Shown here: positions 17,015 to 57,249 of the stretch, in pieces
Layout: every line of letters begins with the position of its first letter
Numbering within the stretch: position 1 is the first letter of the stretch
Notes under the pieces: generated by a model
Database searches by the model: none
What the model was told of the DNA's origin: nothing
What the model saw: only the letters and a program-made list of their open reading frames with translations
Position numbers and translations under genes: made by a program
Source: Octopus vulgaris
Taxonomy: Eukaryota
NCBI GenBank assembly: GCA_951406725.2
Contig: OX597814.1
Span: 83,824,001 to 83,888,000 of the forward strand
DNA: 64,000 nt
Reading direction: 5' to 3'

Positions 17015-17525
17015 TTTTCGTCCTAAAAAACTTTGTATGGATTGAATGGTTACCTCTATGGAAATATATACACGCACATTATACATACATGTGTGTATAG
17101 ATGAATATATAAATACATTTAAATATCTATATACACTTTTGGGCGATCTTTCTGTTTCTTAGAGATAACTTTAGATCTTATTTTCGTCCTAAAAAACTTT
17201 GTATGGAGTGAATGGTTACCTCTATGGAAATATATACACACACGTTATACATACATGTGTGCATAGATGAATATATAAATACATTTATATATCTATATAC
17301 ACTTTTGGGCGATCTTTATGCTACTTAGAGATAACTTTAGATCTTATGTTCGTCCTAAAAAACTTTGTATGGAGTGAAAGGTTACCTCTATGGAAATATA
17401 TACACACACATTATACATACATCTGTGTATAGATGAATATATAAATACATTTAAATATCTATATACACTTTTGGGCGATCTTTCTGCTACTTGGATATAG
17501 GTCTTATATTCGTCTTAAAAAACTT
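17015..17525. repeat. ~166-bp tandem repeat x3 inside Helitron
   Basis: CGTC(C/T)TAAAAAACTTT recurs at 17019, 17185, 17351 and 17511. Confidence 0.85.
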
Positions 17526-20091
17526 TCCTGTCACACACTCACGCACACACACACACACGCACCCTCACACACACACACACACACACGCACACACACTCAC
17601 ACACACACGTTAGCTTACAATTTTATTTATATATTTGCGTGTCTATGTGTGTAAAGAGGAAGTGGCAGAGTGAGAGTTACTCACTACAAAAAGTGAATTA
17701 CTTTCACTTTATTCATTGCACACTGTGTGTGTGCGTGTGGTGTAGGCCACACTAAGAAAAGCATTTGACTTAGACACCACAATGTGAGTTTTCTCTAAAT
17801 TTTGCTTAATTGGGGTTGAAATTTTAAAAACTGGACCTGGCACGACCCGATGCATTCTACTCTTAAAAATGCTAGGTAAATTGTAATTGAAGAAATCCTA
17901 TATTGTTGATTTCTATAAGATACAAAGGGAGGCAGATAAAATCTGCCTTTTATAATAAGAGATCTATATACACTTTTGGGCGATCTTTCTGCTACTTGGA
18001 TATAGGTCTTATATTCGTCCTAAAAAACTTTCCTGTCACACACTCACGCACACACACACACACACACACCCTCACACACACACACACATACACTCACATT
18101 AGCTTACAATTTTATTTATATATTTGCGTGTCTATGTGTGTAAAGAGGAAGTGGCAGAGTGAAAGAGTCACTCACTACAAAAAGTGAATTACTTTCACTT
18201 TATTCGTTGCACACTGTGTGTGCGTGTGGTGTAGGCCACACTAAGAAAAGCATTTGACTTAGACACCACAATGTGAGTTTTCTCTAAATTTTGCTTAATT
18301 GGGGTTGAAATTTTAAAAACTGACCTGGCATGACCCGATGCATTCTACTCTTAAAAATGCTAGGTAAATTGTAATTGAAGAAATCCTATATTGTTGATTT
18401 CTATAAGATACAAAGGGAGGCAGATAAAATCTGCCTTTTATAATAAGAGATACTCTGAAATATGGAGTTAACCACTACATTTGATGATAGATTTTATTTT
18501 TATACAATACCCCTTATACAAATGCTGGGTAATTGTGTATTTTCTCCACAACAAGACACCCATGCTTGTCCTTGGTAAAATATCATCTCTCCACCTCAAA
18601 TACTCCTCCCCAATTTAGTTGAAAGGGCTTTTTCCTTTTCTTCTTTCTCCTTTTCTCATTCTTTCCTGTCTTGCAAGTTATTTGGTGACTTCACTAGTGC
18701 TGGTGGCATGCAAAAAACACCCAGTATATACTGTAAAGTAGTTGGTGTTAGGAAAGGAATCCAGCTACAGAAATCATGCCAAAGCTGACATGGAGCATGA
18801 TGCAGCCCTATGACTCACTGGATCCTGTCAATCCATACCAGCATGGAAAATTACATTAAATGATGATGATGATTATGAAGGTGCAATGAAATCACAAAAG
18901 CAGAATTTAGATTATTCCTAACATATTCACATGAGATGTTATTTTGTTCATATACTTGGCTGTTACACTTCAAGGCTCTTGAAGATGTTAACTTAGAGAA
19001 AATATTCTGTTCCTTTCAATTGTCTCCTCCCTCTCCCTTTTCTATTGCTACAATAATTGCCTTTGCTCCTTGGAGCAGGCTAATCTAATACCACCTCCAC
19101 TCAGGCTTCCCGGTCTCATTTGTCTCTCCGCCTTTCATCACCTTTGTATCCAATCCTCCAAAGCCTTAATCACTATACCCAGTTCTTAATCCTTATTAAA
19201 CCTTAATTCTCCAGCCTTAATCACTATACCCAGTTCTTCCTTCCCAGAAGGACAATTCTTTATGTAATGCATTTGTTAAATTATATTGGATTGATGGAAT
19301 CCGGAATTAGACAAAATGCTTTGTGTTACATCTCTTTGCAGTTTGACTTTAAATGCTGTGAAACTGATTTTGCTTTCCATCCTTCTAGAGTTTTTATTAT
19401 TGGGTCTAAAGGAAAGGGCTCTACTTATGACCTTTATAGGCCCTCCTAGATCGGTGGGTTTGTTGCTATTACTATTCCTCTCAAATCTTTGTACCTCAAC
19501 ACCTGTGGAAAAGACATGAACAGAGAGAATTGTCCTTCTGGGAAGGAAGAACTAGGTATAGTGATTAGGACCAGCTTTGGAGGATTGGATACAAGGGTGA
19601 TGGAAAGAGGAGAGACAAGTGAGTCAAGGAAGCCTGAGTGGAGGTGGTATGAGTCCAGCCTACTCCAAGGAGCAAAGGTGATTATAGTAGCAATAGAAAA
19701 GGAAGAGGGAGGATACATCTGTGGACTAAAGATTGAGTGTGTTGGGGATTACCTCTATGTTAATCAGTTGGGTAGCCACTTTCTGCATGCAGTTTAGAAT
19801 ATCAGTGGGTACAGCAGTAACTGTTCCAGATGCAAGAGCAATACTCTAGGATGGGCTAATATAAGTATTAATCAATTACTCAGGTCAATTCAATCAACTG
19901 TTCCCTTTTTCTCCAAAATGTATGTCCATAACCTCCTGTAAGAAATTGTTATAAAATCATATTACTTACTTCATTAACTGAACTGATTTCTTCTTTTGTT
20001 AAATTTAATTATGGACACAAATTTTTGGTTAATAAGTTTCATCTAGTCAAATATTTCGAACATGAAGACAATGACAAATTTGCTTGATAAC

Positions 20092-20130
20092 TTTATTATT
20101 ATTAACTTATTTGAGAAGCAAGATTTATTT
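20092..20130 (-). terminator. Candidate AMDHD1 polyadenylation signals (AATAAA on minus strand)
   Basis: TTTATT on the plus strand near 20092 and 20124, 150-190 nt past the stop. The context is AT-rich, so specificity is low. Confidence 0.3.
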
Positions 20131-20281
20131 TAAGGACATAAACAGCCATTTGGTGTAATTCTAAATCTGTTAAAATCTTCATTGATTCCTTGTTCCATAT
20201 ATCTGGAAATGTTTGTGAAGTTGCTTTCTATATTTGTCTCCTTGCATTGTTGTAAGTATGGTTGCATGGTTGTAAGTGTGA

Positions 20282-46236
<25,955 letters not shown>

Positions 46237-48819
46237 AACTATTCCTTTTGCAAATGTTTTAAGAAATGAAATGATATGTAATGATAGAAAACAATGCTAT
46301 GCTACAATTAATTAATTACAGTTCTGTGTGTGAACTTATGAACAGATATTAATTACAAATATCATTCAAATCATAGTTTAACTTTAATTCGAGACTATCA
46401 CTAAACTTCAGTGACACTATCTGCATTTTAAATTTACTTGGGTGTGAGGACTAAATGAGAAGACAGTCATGACTGATCATTAATTAAGAAATAATATCAG
46501 ATTGAGAGAAAACAAGAAATAAATCATGGAAAAATTACTTTGTGCTAGATACAGTGAGTCTGAATACAAATTTTTGGATTATCTATCTACGTTATAATTT
46601 ACTGGTAATTAATAAGTAGGTTACTTTGAGCAAAATTAGTGCAGGCTCATCCTTATTCATAAAACAACCCATTGAAATGAGGATAAAATTTAAAAAAACA
46701 TAAAACTTAATTCTCTCGGGTAAAAGTTGATGATTTATTGCTCATTTTACATTTATACAACAAACAATAAAAAACATAATATTTGCTTCTTTCCAAACTG
46801 ATTTTAGCCTATTTCCCTTCTTACTTAAAATTTTGCTTAATTGTGTTGCTCTTTATTAGCCTAATTCTGTTGCTTTTTGTTTTGTTGGAAAATAAAACCT
46901 GAATTGAAATTCCTCATGCTTGTAAGAACAATATGAGTACTGAAACACGGTGTGCTGATCACAGTAAATAAGGTCAGTTGAAATATATGTGATACAGGTT
47001 GTTGGTTTAACTATCAACCATAGAAGGGTTTGTTGAAACCAACATTGAAGGTTATAATGTGATTACTCAAGTTACTAGAAATGTGTTGACTTGCTGCAGC
47101 CTCAATCATGCTCATTGGCCCTCAGAGGACCCGCAGGAGTCATGTATAATGACCCTCCCTTCTCACTCAGATCACACTCTGTTATCATAAAAAGGAAGAT
47201 CACATTTGACAATCTAATTCTATATGTAAAAAGAAATAAAAAAAAGACAGGTAAGTCATGATTAGATTTGAGACTAAACAATGAAAAGAATAAGTCAACT
47301 TTGGTGGGATATAAACTCTATTCTTTTTTCGTCTCCTTGCACAGATTATTCAAGATTACAACTCATCACTTTTCACTCTCTACAGCAATCCATTACATTA
47401 GTCAGGTTCAATTATCTACTTCATTCCTTTCTATTTTGAACTGGAAATATTAGTTAGTTTCTGAATTTCATTATTTTTCTCTCAGCAATGAATTTGCTTT
47501 TCTTATTCATCCACAGTATGTCCTCCCAATGGGATTATTTTATCTTCTAGTGAGGATGGTCTGATAAAATACACTCAGTCCATACTGCAAAGTGGTTTTG
47601 CAATTAGAAGGGTATTCAATGAAAATTCCAAATGCATAAGGCCTAGAATCACGAGGTCTTAACAAAGGCAAAATTTTAAGTAAGAAAGGAAAATGAGGGG
47701 AGTCTCTTATCCTCTGAGCTGTTTCCATGCACCTGTTGGAAACTATGGGTGTTCCAAAGGTGTAATGGGATCACAAACAGGTTATCAGAGAAGGAAGATT
47801 TTGTAACAGATGTGCTGGACTGGTTAGCAATATGGAAAAATTCACAGGAAAAAGTTACACAGAAAGTCCGCTGCAAGCAGTTAATAGCTTCTGTTACTTA
47901 GATTACCAAATAAGCAGTGGAAGAGGGTGTTCCAAAATCATTGTAGCCACTGAAAGAACAAGATGGAAAAAAGTTTAAGGAGTTGTTAGAAACCTCTGTT
48001 GGAACAAAGTGATTTTTCTGTGAGTGATGAGCAGATTGTATGATGCTTGTGAAACATTGGCATTGTATGCATAGGATGTGGGATGGCTAAAAAGAAAGGA
48101 GAAGAGAAAGGAGGATGTCCAACTGGATGAGTGTTGTTAGTGCACATGAATAACAGTGCACAAATAAGCCAAAGGAAAATGTGGATGTAAGAGAAATCAG
48201 AAGTAGTGTGTAATAGAGAAGATTGAGCTGGTATGGAAAAGTGATGTCACTTATAGGCCATAGAAACCACTTAACCATCCTTACGAGTCCAAGGACTTGA
48301 AATAGTAATATCCAGAGGTTGATGATGGTGGTGGTGGTGGTGCTGACATCTAATTCATACAAGCATTGAATGATGATGATAAGGAGGAGGAGGATAGTAT
48401 GACAGTGACAATGACAAAGATGATGATGATGTCGATGACAATGACAACAATGACGATGATGATGATGAAATGTACCATGAGAGCCTTACTTTGATTAAAA
48501 GGCATGACATACAACATGATGGTGGAGATGGACCTAATATGGGTGACAAACAAAGGTAAGGGACTAGCTAGCTTTGAGAAACAAAGGCCAGTGTTGTATC
48601 AGTGCTGATTACCTCTGATATCTTAAGATTAGTGCTTAGGAGAACATGTTGGAATTTGTCATTATAATATGTCTGTAGCTGATAGTTTATCATAGATAGG
48701 GTAGAGATAAAGTTAACTAACATAAATTGCCCTCTATCGTCTAGGAGCAGGAGAGAAGTAAAAGAAGAGTGCAGTGTTTAGTTTCACCTCGATTTGTGCT
48801 GGGAATTGAAACTTTATTA

Positions 48820-49028
48820 ATAATAATAATAATAATAAACATTGTGTACAGTGCTCAGGTGCACTACAACTCATCTAAAGTGCATATATAATCAGGTGTA
48901 GTTTCGACGGATTTCGGAAAGCATGAGGGCCTTAAAGGATGCAGTGTCATGGCAGTCAACAACTGACGCAGGCAGTTTATTCCATGCTTCAGCAACTCTG
49001 AGCGTGAAGAAGTGTTTCCGAAAGTCAC
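48820..49028 (-). mobile_element. CR1 3' end fragment
   Basis: GTACAGTGCTCAGGTGCAC 3' end motif plus the WNKLP coding segment. Confidence 0.78.
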
Positions 49029-52000
49029 ATTACTTTCTATCTTTGCTAATTGTAGGGGTTGGAGTGGTAATAGTGTGGTAGTGGTAATGGTCAGACAGCA
49101 GAGATATCAATAAAATATGTAATTAGTAGTGTACAAAACTGAGTATAGTGCCATGAGTTTTATCAATTGTGCCTTGTACTTTACAAAACAAGGCATTGTT
49201 TTTGGGGCAAAAAATATATATATAGTAGTTTTTCATCACCACAACTCACTCTCCCCCTCCTGTTTTGAGGATTTGGGATTTTGGGGTCATCTTACTGTGT
49301 GTCACATTCCAGACCATGCACTAAGCACTGTACTAACATTCTCCTTCTCAAAACATCAACTCTCTGGAAATCTCTTCTTGCAGTTGTTAACTTACAGACA
49401 GATATTCAACTAAATATGAGTCACAGTATGCAGATCTGTTGTTTTTCATATAAGGTACAAACGTGGATATTTCTATAATATAATTTCTGGTTATAAAGCT
49501 GAAGATTTCTTAGTTGAATGCTTTAGAAAATTAAAAAACCTTATTGACTAATTTTATGGTACATTGATATTCCATATAATTACTTTCATATAAGGAATAC
49601 AGAAATCAAGTGCTCTGCCTCCTTCCTTTGACTAATTGATAAAGAAAACAAAATTAAATTGCCATTGATAGTTGCTGATGCAGAGGGAGAGTAATGAGAA
49701 GTAGTTCTTTATACTAGAGAGAAATATTTCTGGTCACAGATAGGAACAGAGGTACACAGTAAAAAAAAAAAGAGAGAGAGAAATGAAATACAATTATGAC
49801 AACTACTCTAACAGAAGAGTCAGTAACATCTAGAATCAACTGAACTGATGCAACTTCATACACATAGTCTGAAGGATATTCCAGCAATTGATTTCTTGTT
49901 TTATTTTTGTTATATTAGCAATAATTGAACTAGTTTGCAGATCAATCTAAATCCATCCATCACAAGATTTTCCAGTGTTTTCTATGTAACAAAATGGGAT
50001 CTTTTGATCTGTTACAAATAGCAGCAAAATTTTCTTCAAACCACATCCCAATGTCTTAAAAGAGGACATATTGGATGATGTAGTTCAGGGTATACTATGT
50101 TTGAAAAACAATTATATTATGGGATGGATAAGGACAGAATACATTTGAACTTATGTCTGCTCAACCAGGGCTGATTTATAGCTAAACAACAACAGCAGCA
50201 GCTGACCTTGTGTCATTTGTTATTCTTCTCACACCAACACAGCAGATAAGCTGCTTCAACATATCAGATTTTTTATCAAAAAGAAACACCTTTCAATTCA
50301 TATTAGGGATTTTAGGCAATGATATAGATGTAGGTCAGTTTCAAATTTAGTGAGAATTATCTGAATGTTATCTTTTGTTGTTCTATTTACCCTTTACAGA
50401 TGAAACAATTTAGCCATGTTACATGCTAAAGCATGTATAAAAGAAAGCCAATAAAATGTATTTTTGCTACAATGAGAAAAAGTAAAATGCTGATAATGTT
50501 TTTTTTAATTTAAAAATTAAAATTATTTCTCATTATTTTCAGTTTTGTTGTCTAAATTTTTGACTGGTAGGGGGACATATTCATCAATTATAAATTCTTT
50601 TAATTATTTTTTTCTTCTGGAAATATATATTTCTACATAAATAATAAGAGAAAAAGTAAAACACTTGTGTGCGAGTTTCATTCTTCAGGCAGTTTCAATA
50701 CAAATGATACATAAGTGAAATCAGGTATACTGCAAATCCATTTAAGATTGACTTTAATGCCTTGTTCTCAAGTGTAATATCGATATTTTAAAATCTATTA
50801 TTTTTTCATGTTTTGCACATCATTCCAATAATAAATTCTTTCTACTATAGGTACAAGGTTAGAAATTTTTGTGAGAAGTGGGAAGTCAATTACATCAACC
50901 CATGTACTCAACTGGTATATATTTTACCAACTCCAAAACAATGAATGGTGAAATCAACTTAAATGGAATTTGAACTTAGAACATAAAACCAGAAGAAATA
51001 CTGCTAAGCCTTTTGTGCAACATGCTAATGATTCTGCCAGCTTTCTGACTTCAATCTAATAATAAATAAAGTGCTACTTCCATTCAGTAGTTTAATGGTA
51101 ACAAAAACATCTAATTGTCAAATATCTCTGCAATATTTCAATATTTCATGAATCAGCTGCTGATACAGACCATTACTAGTTTCCCTAAATTGAAGATTTG
51201 TCACCAAGCAACACAGGGTACAATGAAATAAGTATACAAATGAACAAACAATAGATTTTAAAATGCTGTTATCTTTCTTCAAAGTCTTTAGGAAGAAATA
51301 ACTTTAAAAGACAACGTTCAGGGTTTACTTACTAGCATTTGCAGTATAAGTGGTTTCAGTAAGGAATCAAACCTGCATTATAGATTCAACTAGAGGAATA
51401 TTATTTTTTGCTGTAAACTAAGTGCCAGAAACCGTTTTTAACAGCAATTGTATAATAACCTGTTAGATCCATATCTACTGATTAAAATAAATAAATCTTT
51501 AAAATTTAAATTTCAAATATTAAATTTTGATTCTAATTAAAGGTAATAAAACTTTAATTTTATTTATTCATAGGTTATGCATCTTATCCATATTATTCTG
51601 CTACCATAAGGCAGCAAGTTGTATAAAATGCAATACTCTCTTCTGGCTTTACATTCTGACTTCAAATGTTGATAAAAGGATGACTTTGCTTTTCATCCTT
51701 CCAGGGTCTATAAAATAGATGCTAGCATTGGGATTGTTGATATTGACTTATACCTTTCCATAAAACTGATGGACGTGTACCAGAATTTGAAACCATTATT
51801 TTGGTACTCTACCATTTATGTATATAGAAGATGCTATAATTATGGAACAACATTTACTTGATCTGTGGGCCTTTTTAAATTCCAAAAGGGATTCATTTAG
51901 TCAGTGCTCTCATGAGAAGAAATTCATGTTGAGAACATGGAATCCTCTGCCTGCTGACTAGTGAAGGGAAATCATACATAAACTGACCCTTTTTTGGACT

Positions 52001-52625
52001 CACCTGAAACCTGTCAAAGGGAGATAATTCCATCTTGCCCAGAAGAGGGTTTCACATAGAAGCTTTTCATTTCAGTTTTTTTTTTAGATCCCTGGTTAAC
52101 CAAGACTGTATTCCTACCTCCATTTGTAAAGAAATTATATGTCTTCAGTCAGCAGGTCTGATGAGTCACTGGTATTGTTAGGAGCATAATAGGTATGAGT
52201 CCAAAGGAAACTTTTTGACTGGCTAAAAATCAATGACTACATTAAATATATATATATATCTATCTACCTACACACACACACACACACACTCATGCATGAC
52301 CAGACTTCCACACAGTTTTCATCTATTAAATTTTACTCCTGTCTTTGGCTATAACAAAAGACACTTGCCCAAGGTACCACTAAGTGAGACTGAACCCAAA
52401 ATCTTGTGGTTCTGAAGTAAACTTCTTCCTATGCCATGTATGTGCATGTATCATTGATATATATATATATAGATAGATAGATAATAGGTGGTGCTCCAGC
52501 ATGGCTGCAGTCAAATGACTGAATCATGTAAAAGATTAAAAGATTATATATAAAGTATTGATTGGGTATCATCGGATAGTTGATGTTTTATTGATTTAAG
52601 TATGTTTCTCCATTCTCTAATTTTG

Positions 52626-52660
<35 letters not shown>

Positions 52661-53724
52661 CAGTGAGCCCGTTACTTTTTGATGCAAATATAAAATCAAT
52701 AGATAACAATTCTCAAGGTAGAAGAGATGATAATTATTTCACAAATATGGTTTTAAAGATGCTCTCTCCTATAACTGCACCTTCACGTATTACTCACTTC
52801 AGAAAAAAATACAATTTTGAAAGAAATTATGTATTTCATGGTCCTCTTTAAAATTTCAAACTATCTTACAGTCTCCTGAGAAGCAGTTAAGTTTTTACGA
52901 ACACGATGATATTACATAACAATTTTGGCTTGAACTATTATTTGTTTAAACCATATGAACTTTTACCAACTTTGTTAGCAGAATGTTTCACATTTGCATG
53001 TAGCCAAAGTTTCAAACATGATCATAAGGTTCTCCACCTCTGCCTCCAGAAGAGAGATTTGTCACAAGGGTAGAGGAATCATCATCATCATCATTCAACA
53101 TCCATTTTTCATGCTGGCATAGGCTGGACAGTTTTGCTGGAGCTGGTAAGCTAGGGAGCTACACCTGATTCCAGTCTGATTTGGCTGAATTTCTACAGCT
53201 AGATGGCCTCCCTAATGCAAACCACTTTACAGTGTGTGCTGGCTGCTGTTAACATGGCACTGGCATAACCACTTTTATGTGGCTCTGACATGAATGCCGT
53301 TTATGTAGAACCACATAAGACTCTTGCAGGCCAAAACCTCTTCAACAAGGTGGAGTGGCCTTGAAGATTGAAAAGGGAAGGTGGACAAAAATCATTAAGA
53401 TGGTTTTACAGTGATTGTGTAACACTGGAGCTAAAGAAAATCACACACACACACAGATATATTTATAAGTAGGTCATATTACTGAACGGGTGTTTTCAAA
53501 TGAGGATTATCTCACCATATAAATCATGAAATCCTGTAAATAAGCAAAACGAGAAAAATTCTAATTTTAAAATTAAAAAAGAGAAGCCAGTTTGCTATTT
53601 TATTCATTATATCAGATGTAAAATTAGCTTTCCGTAGCGTTATTTCCAGTGGCTCTGTAGCTTGGGACGAGGCTAAATTATTTGTTTAAAGGTAAAGAGT
53701 TGTTAGGAAATATATTAAACTTTA

Positions 53725-54075
53725 TCGTGGCACTCAGTTGGTTACGACAACGAGGGTTCCAGTTGATCTGATCAACGGAACAGCCTACTCGTGAAATTAA
53801 GTGGCTGAGCACTCCACAGACACGTTAGTTCTCAGGGAGATTCATGTGACACAGAGTGTGACAAGGCTAGTCCTTTGAAATACAGGTACAACAGAAACAA
53901 GAAAAAAGAGTGAGAGAAAGTTGTGGTGAAAGAATACAGCAGGGTTCGCCACCACCAGCTGCTGGAGCCTCGTGGAACCTTAGGTGTTTTTGCTCAATAA
54001 ACACTCACAACGCCCAGTCTGGGAATCGAAATCGCGAGTCCGCCGCCCTAACCACTTAGCCACTGCGCTACCACA
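53725..54075 (-). mobile_element. tRNA-derived SINE (third family)
   Basis: Minus-strand head GTGGTAGCGCAGTGGCTAAGTGGTTAGGGC...TTTCGATTCCCAG resembles tRNA A/B boxes. Confidence 0.65.
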
Positions 54076-54949
54076 TTGAACTTTATATAACAGCATTCAT
54101 AGAAGGGGAGATAATTCTAAACAAATTCTTGAACTAATTCTGAAAACAGTCTTCTATTATTTTGCTTAGCTTAAAAGATTGGTTAATATATATACTTCTG
54201 AAGGTGTCTTTTGTTGATAAAACTTATCTCATTCTAAAGTAGCTTAGCTATCTACTGTGCATAATGAATAACGAGCAATTTAACAAGTAACTGACATCGA
54301 CGGTGAAAACTCGTCAATGTCATTAAATGTGAGATACAATTAACTGCTTCGACTGTTGTTGATACGGTTGATGTGTGCGCTATAGTCAAATAATGATGAA
54401 AGCATTTTTTTAAAAATCACCAGCTCGATGATTTAGAAAGAAATCCTCCCTGGGTACTTGTCAATTGTCGTGGTCCCGGTTTTGCACACGCGAATTCGCG
54501 CGCGCGCGCGCGTCAGACGTAGGTACTCGATACTCGAGATCCTACGAGGTGACTTGCGCATGCGCAGTGCAGAATTCGCGCGTGCGCGTTAAACCCCCCC
54601 CCCTAAAAAAAAGGTGTTGGATTTCACTAAAAATATATATGTGTGTGTGTGTGTGTGTATATATAACATTTTCAATTTTACACAAAAAAATTACATAGTC
54701 GCTTTCCTCGCGGATTTACAGAGAAATGAATTAATTACTATTTTACAGAATAAAATTAATGAATTAATTATATAAATTAAATAATTCTTGAAAATTAATT
54801 AATATTAATAATATTTTTTGAACAAAGTAAATAATTTATAAAACTTGGTTAATAATTTTTTTTACACAAACGCGAACGTATATAATTTGTGAAACTTTTT
54901 TTTTTACAGACGTATATAATTTGGTAAACTTAATGAATTAATTTCTTCT

Positions 54950-55372
54950 CATCATCATCATCGTTTAACGTCCGTTCTCCATGCCAGCATGGGTTGGACG
55001 GTTCGACCGGGGATCTGGGAAGCCAGAAGGCTGCACCAGACTCCAGTCTTATCTGGCAATGTTTCTACAGCTGGATGCCCTTCCTAACGCCAACCACTCC
55101 GAGAGTGTAGTGGGTGCTTTTTACATGCCACCCGCACAGGTGCCAGGCGAGGCTGGCAACGGCCACGGTCGGATTGGTGCCAGTCGAGGCGGCTCTGGCA
55201 TCGGCCACGATTCGGATAGTGCTTTTTACGTACCACCAGTCCAGGGGTCCTGGCATTTGCCGGGTGCCACACTTGCCCCAACATGTCTTCGCAAGCAAAG
55301 GGGTTGGCATGGGTGCCTGTCGTGGGATGAGGTTCGATATCAACTTCGCTTGCCTCAACAGGTCTTTGTGTA
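54950..55372 (-). mobile_element. RTE LINE 3' UTR fragment within left arm of fold-back element
   Basis: (CAT)n tail followed by CGTTTAACGTCCGTTCTCCATGC; homologous to 13482-13910 and the 3' end of the RTE at 34470-34716. Confidence 0.85.
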
Positions 55373-55807
55373 TAAATGTATAAATTTTTCGCACTAAATT
55401 CTTTCCGTAGAATTTATCAAAAAACGCACAAAATTATTCCGTAGACTTTATCAAATTAAAAAACGCAAAATTAATATATTTTTTGAAATTGCAAATTATT
55501 TAGAATATAAAACAAATTAAGTTAAATTTTAAAAATAAATGTCATATACTTATACTCTGTAAGGTGCTGTGTTCACACTTCAATTTACTATTTTCTAGAA
55601 ATGTTGCTTTTCTAATTGAAACAATTTTTCTCAATCTCCATTTAAAAGTCCATAATGCCTCTTGAGCCATATCAAAATGAACAACTTTGAATTACCCGGT
55701 GGTGGTGGTGGTGTGAGGTTCTAATTTTTTTTCTGATCTCTCTTTGCCCCCCCCCCTAGATGGAGGTGTGGTGGGGAGACAGATGAAAGATGTTTCATTC
55801 TCTACTA

Positions 55808-55858
<51 letters not shown>

Positions 55859-56429
55859 CTTAAACCTACACGATATAGTCTATAAATTTGGGATGTTTTT
55901 GAAAGATAATATATTTTGTCATCAGAATATATATACTTTCTCACACTACAATTAAGATATATTTATTTTAAATCGTTCATCTTTTCCCGAGACAACAAAA
56001 ATTGGGCGCGAAAATTTTTCTAAATATTAGCTGAATGAACAACTGAGATAAAGAGGGGGCAAAGAGAGATCAGAAAAAAAATTTAGAACCTCACACCACC
56101 ACCACCGGGTAATTCAAAGTTGTTCATTTTGATATGGCTCAAGAGGCATTATGGACTTTTAAATGGAGATTGAGAAAAATTGTTTCAATTAGAAAAGCAA
56201 CATTTCTAGAAAATAGTAAATTGAAGTGTGAACACAGCACCTTACAGAGTATAAGTATATGACATTTATTTTTAAAATTTAACTTAATTTGTTTTATATT
56301 CTAAATAATTTGCAATTTCAAAAAATATATTAATTTTGCGTTTTTTAATTTGATAAAGTCTACGGAATAATTTTGTGCGTTTTTTGATAAATTCTACGGA
56401 AAGAATTTAGTGCGAAAAATTTATACATT

Positions 56430-56855
56430 TATACACAAAGACCTGTTGAGGCAAGCGAAGTTGATATCGAACCTCATCCCACGACAGGCACCCATGCCAA
56501 CCCCCTTTGCTTGCGAAGACATGTTGGGGCAAGTGTGGCACCCGGCAAATGCCAGGACCCCTGGACTGGTGGTACGTAAAAAGCACTATCCGAATCGTGG
56601 CCGATGCCAGAGCCGCCTCGACTGGCACCAATCCGACCGTGGCCGTTGCCAGCCTCGCCTGGCACCTGTGCGGGTGGCATGTAAAAAGCACCCACTACAC
56701 TCTCGGAGTGGTTGGCGTTAGGAAGGGCATCCAGCTGTAGAAACATTGCCAGATAAGACTGGAGTCTGGTGCAGCCTTCTGGCTTCCCAGATCCCCGGTC
56801 GAACCGTCCAACCCATGCTGGCATGGAGAACGGACGTTAAACGATGATGATGATG
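56430..56855 (+). mobile_element. RTE LINE 3' UTR fragment within right arm (mirror copy)
   Basis: Reverse complement of 54950-55372, with a (GAT)n tail. Confidence 0.85.
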
Positions 56856-57237
56856 AGAAGAAATTAATTCATTAAGTTTACCAAATTATATACGTCTGTA
56901 AAAAAAAAAGTTTCACAAATTATATACGTTCGCGTTTGTGTAAAAAAAATTATTAACCAAGTTTTATAAATTATTTACTTTGTTCAAAAAATATTATTAA
57001 TATTAATTAATTTTCAAGAATTATTTAATTTATATAATTAATTCATTAATTTTATTCTGTAAAATAGTAATTAATTCATTTCTCTGTAAATCCGCGAGGA
57101 AAGCGACTATGTAATTTTTTTGTGTAAAATTGAAAATGTTATATATACACACACACACACACACATATATATTTTTAGTGAAATCCAACACCTTTTTTTT
57201 AGGGGGGGGGTTTAACGCGCACGCGCGAATTCTGCAC

Positions 57238-57249
57238 TGCGCATGCGCA
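57238..57249. promoter_or_regulatory. NRF1/Ewg-type palindrome TGCGCATGCGCA in right TIR, ~155 bp upstream of LONP2 ATG (mirror copy at 54555-54566)
   Basis: Exact match to the YGCGCAYGCGCR consensus; function is inferred only. Confidence 0.4.

Larger units (their letters stand above)
16238..18450 (-). mobile_element. Helitron copy with PIF1 fragment, duplicated 5' end and deleted 3' hairpin
   Basis: ORF 16256-16777 differs from 9888-10409 at 2 aa. 5' termini at both 17962 and 18450; CTAG at 16238. Confidence 0.9.

Noticed and set aside
17015-17525. Tandem repeats as a CRISPR array
   Set aside because: Eukaryotic context, no unique spacers and no cas genes; the same applies to 11745-12035 and 38520-38760.
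53990-54075. tRNA gene
   Set aside because: A/B-box-like head without a complete cloverleaf, continuing into a SINE body.
54981-56824. Mirror ORFs of 89-138 aa as a fold-back-encoded protein
   Set aside because: They are GC-rich RTE 3' UTR sequence, the frame differs between arms, and no domain is recognisable.
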